From an uncultured Gemmatimonadales bacterium (GTDB lineage: Bacteria; Gemmatimonadota; Gemmatimonadetes; Gemmatimonadales; Gemmatimonadaceae): a stretch of DNA of 64,000 bases. Made by a program: the position numbers and the translations under genes. Location of the stretch: contig CAWKNZ010000002.1 in NCBI GenBank assembly GCA_963851265.1, forward strand, positions 1,600,001-1,664,000, read 5' to 3'. The notes below the pieces were generated by a model. It was not told the DNA's origin, made no database searches, and worked only from the letters and a program-made list of their open reading frames with translations. How positions within the stretch are numbered: the stretch's first letter is position 1; the number at the start of each line of letters is the position of its first letter. Positions 61,455-64,000 of this stretch are shown here, one piece after another.

Positions 61455-62491
61455 GCGCGCCCCTCCCGGCGAGCACGTCGGGCGCGACGGTCGCGCGCGT
61501 GCGCGCGCAGGCGAAGGCCAACCTGTTCCTGCGCATCCTGGCGCGTGAGGACGGCGGCTACCATCAGCTCGAGACGCTCTTCCAGCGGCTCGACATCGCC
61601 GACGACGTGCGCGTGCGCGTCGGGCCCGCCGTTCGCGGGCGGACGTTAGACGCCGCCGGCGCGGAGGCCGACGCGCTCGGCCCGGTCGAGCGCAACCTCG
61701 CGTGGCGCGCGGCGGTCGCCTTCGCCGACCACACCGGCTGGCCCGACGCGTTCGCGATCGAGTTGACCAAGGCGATCCCCGTCGGCGGCGGACTGGGCGG
61801 TGGCAGCACGGACGCGGGAGCGGTCCTCCGCTGCCTCAACGCGCTCGCGCCGGACCCCCTGCACGCGAGCGATCTGCTCGCGATCGCCGGCGGGCTCGGC
61901 GCGGACGTGCCATTCCTGACCACCGGGGCCCCGCTCGCGCTCGCCTGGGGGCGCGGCGACCGGATGCTCGCGCTCCCCGCACTGCCGGTACGCCGCGTCC
62001 ACCTGGCCGTGTTCGCCGAAGGCGTCGCCACGCCGGCCGCGTTCGCCGCGCTCGCCGCCATCCGCGCGACGCGGCCATCTCCGGTGCGCCCGATCCTCTG
62101 GAGCGCCGACCGACTCGCGCGGTGGGACGACGTCGCGCTCGTCGCCGTGAACGACTTCGAGGACGCGATCTTTTCACAGCGCGAGGACATCGCGAGCGTC
62201 CGCACGTTGTTCGGTGAGGTCGCGCGCGAGGTCGAACAGCGCAACCTGTCGCCGGACGACGAGGGCGACGCCTTCACGGACGAGCCTGCCATCGACGTCG
62301 AGGCCGGGGACACGACCCCGATCGCGCTCATGACCGGATCCGGCGCGACCGTCATCCTGCTCACGCCGCTGGCCGGGGTGACCGTCGGGCTCGAGGTGAA
62401 CGCGCCGCCCGGGAGCGTCGGCGTACCGGCGATCCGGGTGGTCGAGACGCGCACCGCGGACCGCGTTGCCGCCGTGCTCGTCGACGAATAG
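61451..62491 (+). CDS. ispE: 4-diphosphocytidyl-2-C-methyl-D-erythritol kinase
   Basis: AKANLFLRIL.R..GYHQLETLF, KAIPVGGGLGGGSTDA, LGADVPF, NDFE, LMTGSGATV. Confidence 0.93.
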   Translation: MSAPLPASTSGATVARVRAQAKANLFLRILAREDGGYHQLETLFQRLDIADDVRVRVGPAVRGRTLDAAGAEADALGPVERNLAWRAAVAFADHTGWPDAFAIELTKAIPVGGGLGGGSTDAGAVLRCLNALAPDPLHASDLLAIAGGLGADVPFLTTGAPLALAWGRGDRMLALPALPVRRVHLAVFAEGVATPAAFAALAAIRATRPSPVRPILWSADRLARWDDVALVAVNDFEDAIFSQREDIASVRTLFGEVAREVEQRNLSPDDEGDAFTDEPAIDVEAGDTTPIALMTGSGATVILLTPLAGVTVGLEVNAPPGSVGVPAIRVVETRTADRVAAVLVDE

Positions 62492-62504
62492 GTTGCTCGG
62501 CGCT

Positions 62505-62575
62505 TGCCCCGTCGTTCAACGGCAGGACCCTGCACTTTGGATGCAGTGATCGTGGTTCGAATCCACGCGGGGCAA
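62505..62575 (+). tRNA. tRNA-Gln (TTG)
   Basis: TGCCCCG/CGGGGCA acceptor stem (U1-A72), CTGCA-CTTTGGA-TGCAG anticodon arm, GGTTCGAATCC; conserved ispE-tRNA-Gln-prs position; no encoded CCA. Confidence 0.95.
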
Positions 62576-62638
62576 TTTCCCCGAGATCCGGCGCGCGAGG
62601 ATCCTCCCGCCGTCGGCCTCGATGCCGGTGAGTGACGC

Positions 62639-63655
62639 ATGGGTCCCCAGGTCCTACCGAATCGCGTGATGCCGCCGCACGCTGCGTCGCAATCCGCCAC
62701 GCGCGACGGCAGCTCGGGCGCGAATCACGCCTTCAAGCTCATCGCGGGGATGGGCAACCGCGCCCTCGCCGAAGAGATCGCGCGCTGTCTCGGCGTCGAG
62801 CTCTGCAAGCTGACGTGTACGCGGTTCGCCGACGGCGAGATCTTCGTCCGCATCGACGAGAACATCCGCGGGATGGACGTGTTCGTGATACAGCCCACGA
62901 ACCCGCCCGCCGACACGATCATGGAGCTGCTGCTCATCGTCGACGCCGCGCGGCGCGCGAGCGCGGCGCGCATCACGGTCGTTATGCCGTACTACGGCTA
63001 CTCGCGGCAGGACCGCAAGGACCAGCCGCGGGTCGCGATCGGCGCGAAGCTCGTCGCCAACATGATCCAGACCGCGGGCGCGGACCGCGTGCTCGGCATC
63101 GACTTTCACCAGCATCAGCTGCAGGGATTCTTCGACATCCCCGTCGACCACCTGTACGCGAAGCCGGTGCTCGTGAACCACTACCGCCGCAAACGCCTCA
63201 CCGACCTCGTCGTCGTCGCGCCCGACGTCGGCGCGGCCAAGATGGCGCGCGGCTTCGCGAAGCAACTCGACGCCGGGTTCGCGATCATGGACAAACGTCG
63301 CCCCAAGGCGAACGTCGCCGAAGTGCTGAACGTGATCGGCGAGGTCGACGGGCGCCCGTGCCTCATCGTCGACGACATGATCGACACGGCGGGGACGGTG
63401 AGCGAGGCCGCGCGCGCGCTCATCAAGCGCGGCGCGCGCGAGGTTTACGTGTGCGCGACGCACGCGCTCCTCTCGGGCCCGGCCCGCGAGCGCTTGAGCG
63501 AGGCACCGATCGCCGAGGTGACGGTGACCGATACGATCGCGATCCCGCCCGAGCGCCGCTTCGACAAGCTGCAGATCCTCTCGGTCGGCGAGCTGCTCGC
63601 GAAGGCGATCCGCTTCACGCACAGCGACCAGTCCGTCAGCAGTTTGTTCGAGTAG
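62639..63655 (+). CDS. prs: Ribose-phosphate pyrophosphokinase
   Basis: FADGE, PYYGYSRQDRK, VAPDVG, DKRR, VDDMIDTAGT. Confidence 0.98.
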   Translation: MGPQVLPNRVMPPHAASQSATRDGSSGANHAFKLIAGMGNRALAEEIARCLGVELCKLTCTRFADGEIFVRIDENIRGMDVFVIQPTNPPADTIMELLLIVDAARRASAARITVVMPYYGYSRQDRKDQPRVAIGAKLVANMIQTAGADRVLGIDFHQHQLQGFFDIPVDHLYAKPVLVNHYRRKRLTDLVVVAPDVGAAKMARGFAKQLDAGFAIMDKRRPKANVAEVLNVIGEVDGRPCLIVDDMIDTAGTVSEAARALIKRGAREVYVCATHALLSGPARERLSEAPIAEVTVTDTIAIPPERRFDKLQILSVGELLAKAIRFTHSDQSVSSLFE

Positions 63656-63772
63656 CCCGATCGGTTACAATACGCGGCTGCGGGTGAGAGGCGGTCGACG
63701 GCAATCCGGTGCTGCGGCTGAGGGTAGCCCGCGGTACGTCAACTGCTTCCGGATTAAGAGTCTTTCCGACCC
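63644..63772 (+). promoter_or_regulatory. rplY promoter and structured 5' leader
   Basis: TACAAT at 63666-63671 (possible -35 TTGTTC at 63644) followed by about 95 nt with three complementary stems. Confidence 0.55.
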
Positions 63773-64000
63773 ATGGCCACCGCTTCCCTGAGCGCCGAGC
63801 TCCGTAACGAGACCGGCAAGGGCGTGGCGCGCAAGCTCCGCGCTGCCGGTCGCGTCCCCGCCGTCGTGTACGGCCACGCCCGCGCGGCCCAGTCGCTCTC
63901 GGTCAACGCCCGTGACCTCGGCCGCCTGCTCGACCAGTTCTCGGCGGCGAGCACCGTCGTCGAACTCGGCCTCGACGGCGGCATGACGCGCACCCTGATT
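63773..64000 (+). CDS. rplY: 50S ribosomal protein L25/Ctc, truncated by the window end
   Basis: Manual translation MATASLSAELRNETGKGVARKLRAAGRVPAVVYGH; follows prs. Confidence 0.95.
   Translation, partial: MATASLSAELRNETGKGVARKLRAAGRVPAVVYGHARAAQSLSVNARDLGRLLDQFSAASTVVELGLDGGMTRTLI

Overview
A very GC-rich (about 75% by eye), gene-dense chromosomal window. Gene content suggests a Gemmatimonadota-like bacterium, which is an inference. It is mostly housekeeping: deoC plus an aldehyde dehydrogenase, tatA, ftsB-eno-plsC-thiL-nnr, glyA, an amino-acid/acyl-CoA catabolic cluster, a TonB-dependent receptor, thrS, valS-gmhB-purN-purH, gltX-lexA, a JAB-fused DinG helicase, a trxA-rsmI-DUF4159-DUF4175-TPR-GATase-like operon, and pdxJ-ispE-tRNA-Gln-prs-rplY. 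Five tRNA genes are present and none encodes CCA. I saw no CRISPR array, transposase, integrase or phage genes. The strongest unexplained signal is a non-palindromic heptamer, GCCTAAC/GTTAGGC, found 26 times by eye and always followed by G or T. It occurs on both strands, in several reading frames, in stop codons and between genes, and it places rare TTA/CTA/CCT codons inside conserved genes, which points to a DNA-level recognition signal. Other leads are a pseudoknot-capable rplY leader, probable leaderless genes, a small intergenic palindrome family, an orphan PEP-CTERM tail and an ftsB/tRNA-fMet overlap. Start codons and counts were determined by eye and should be recomputed.
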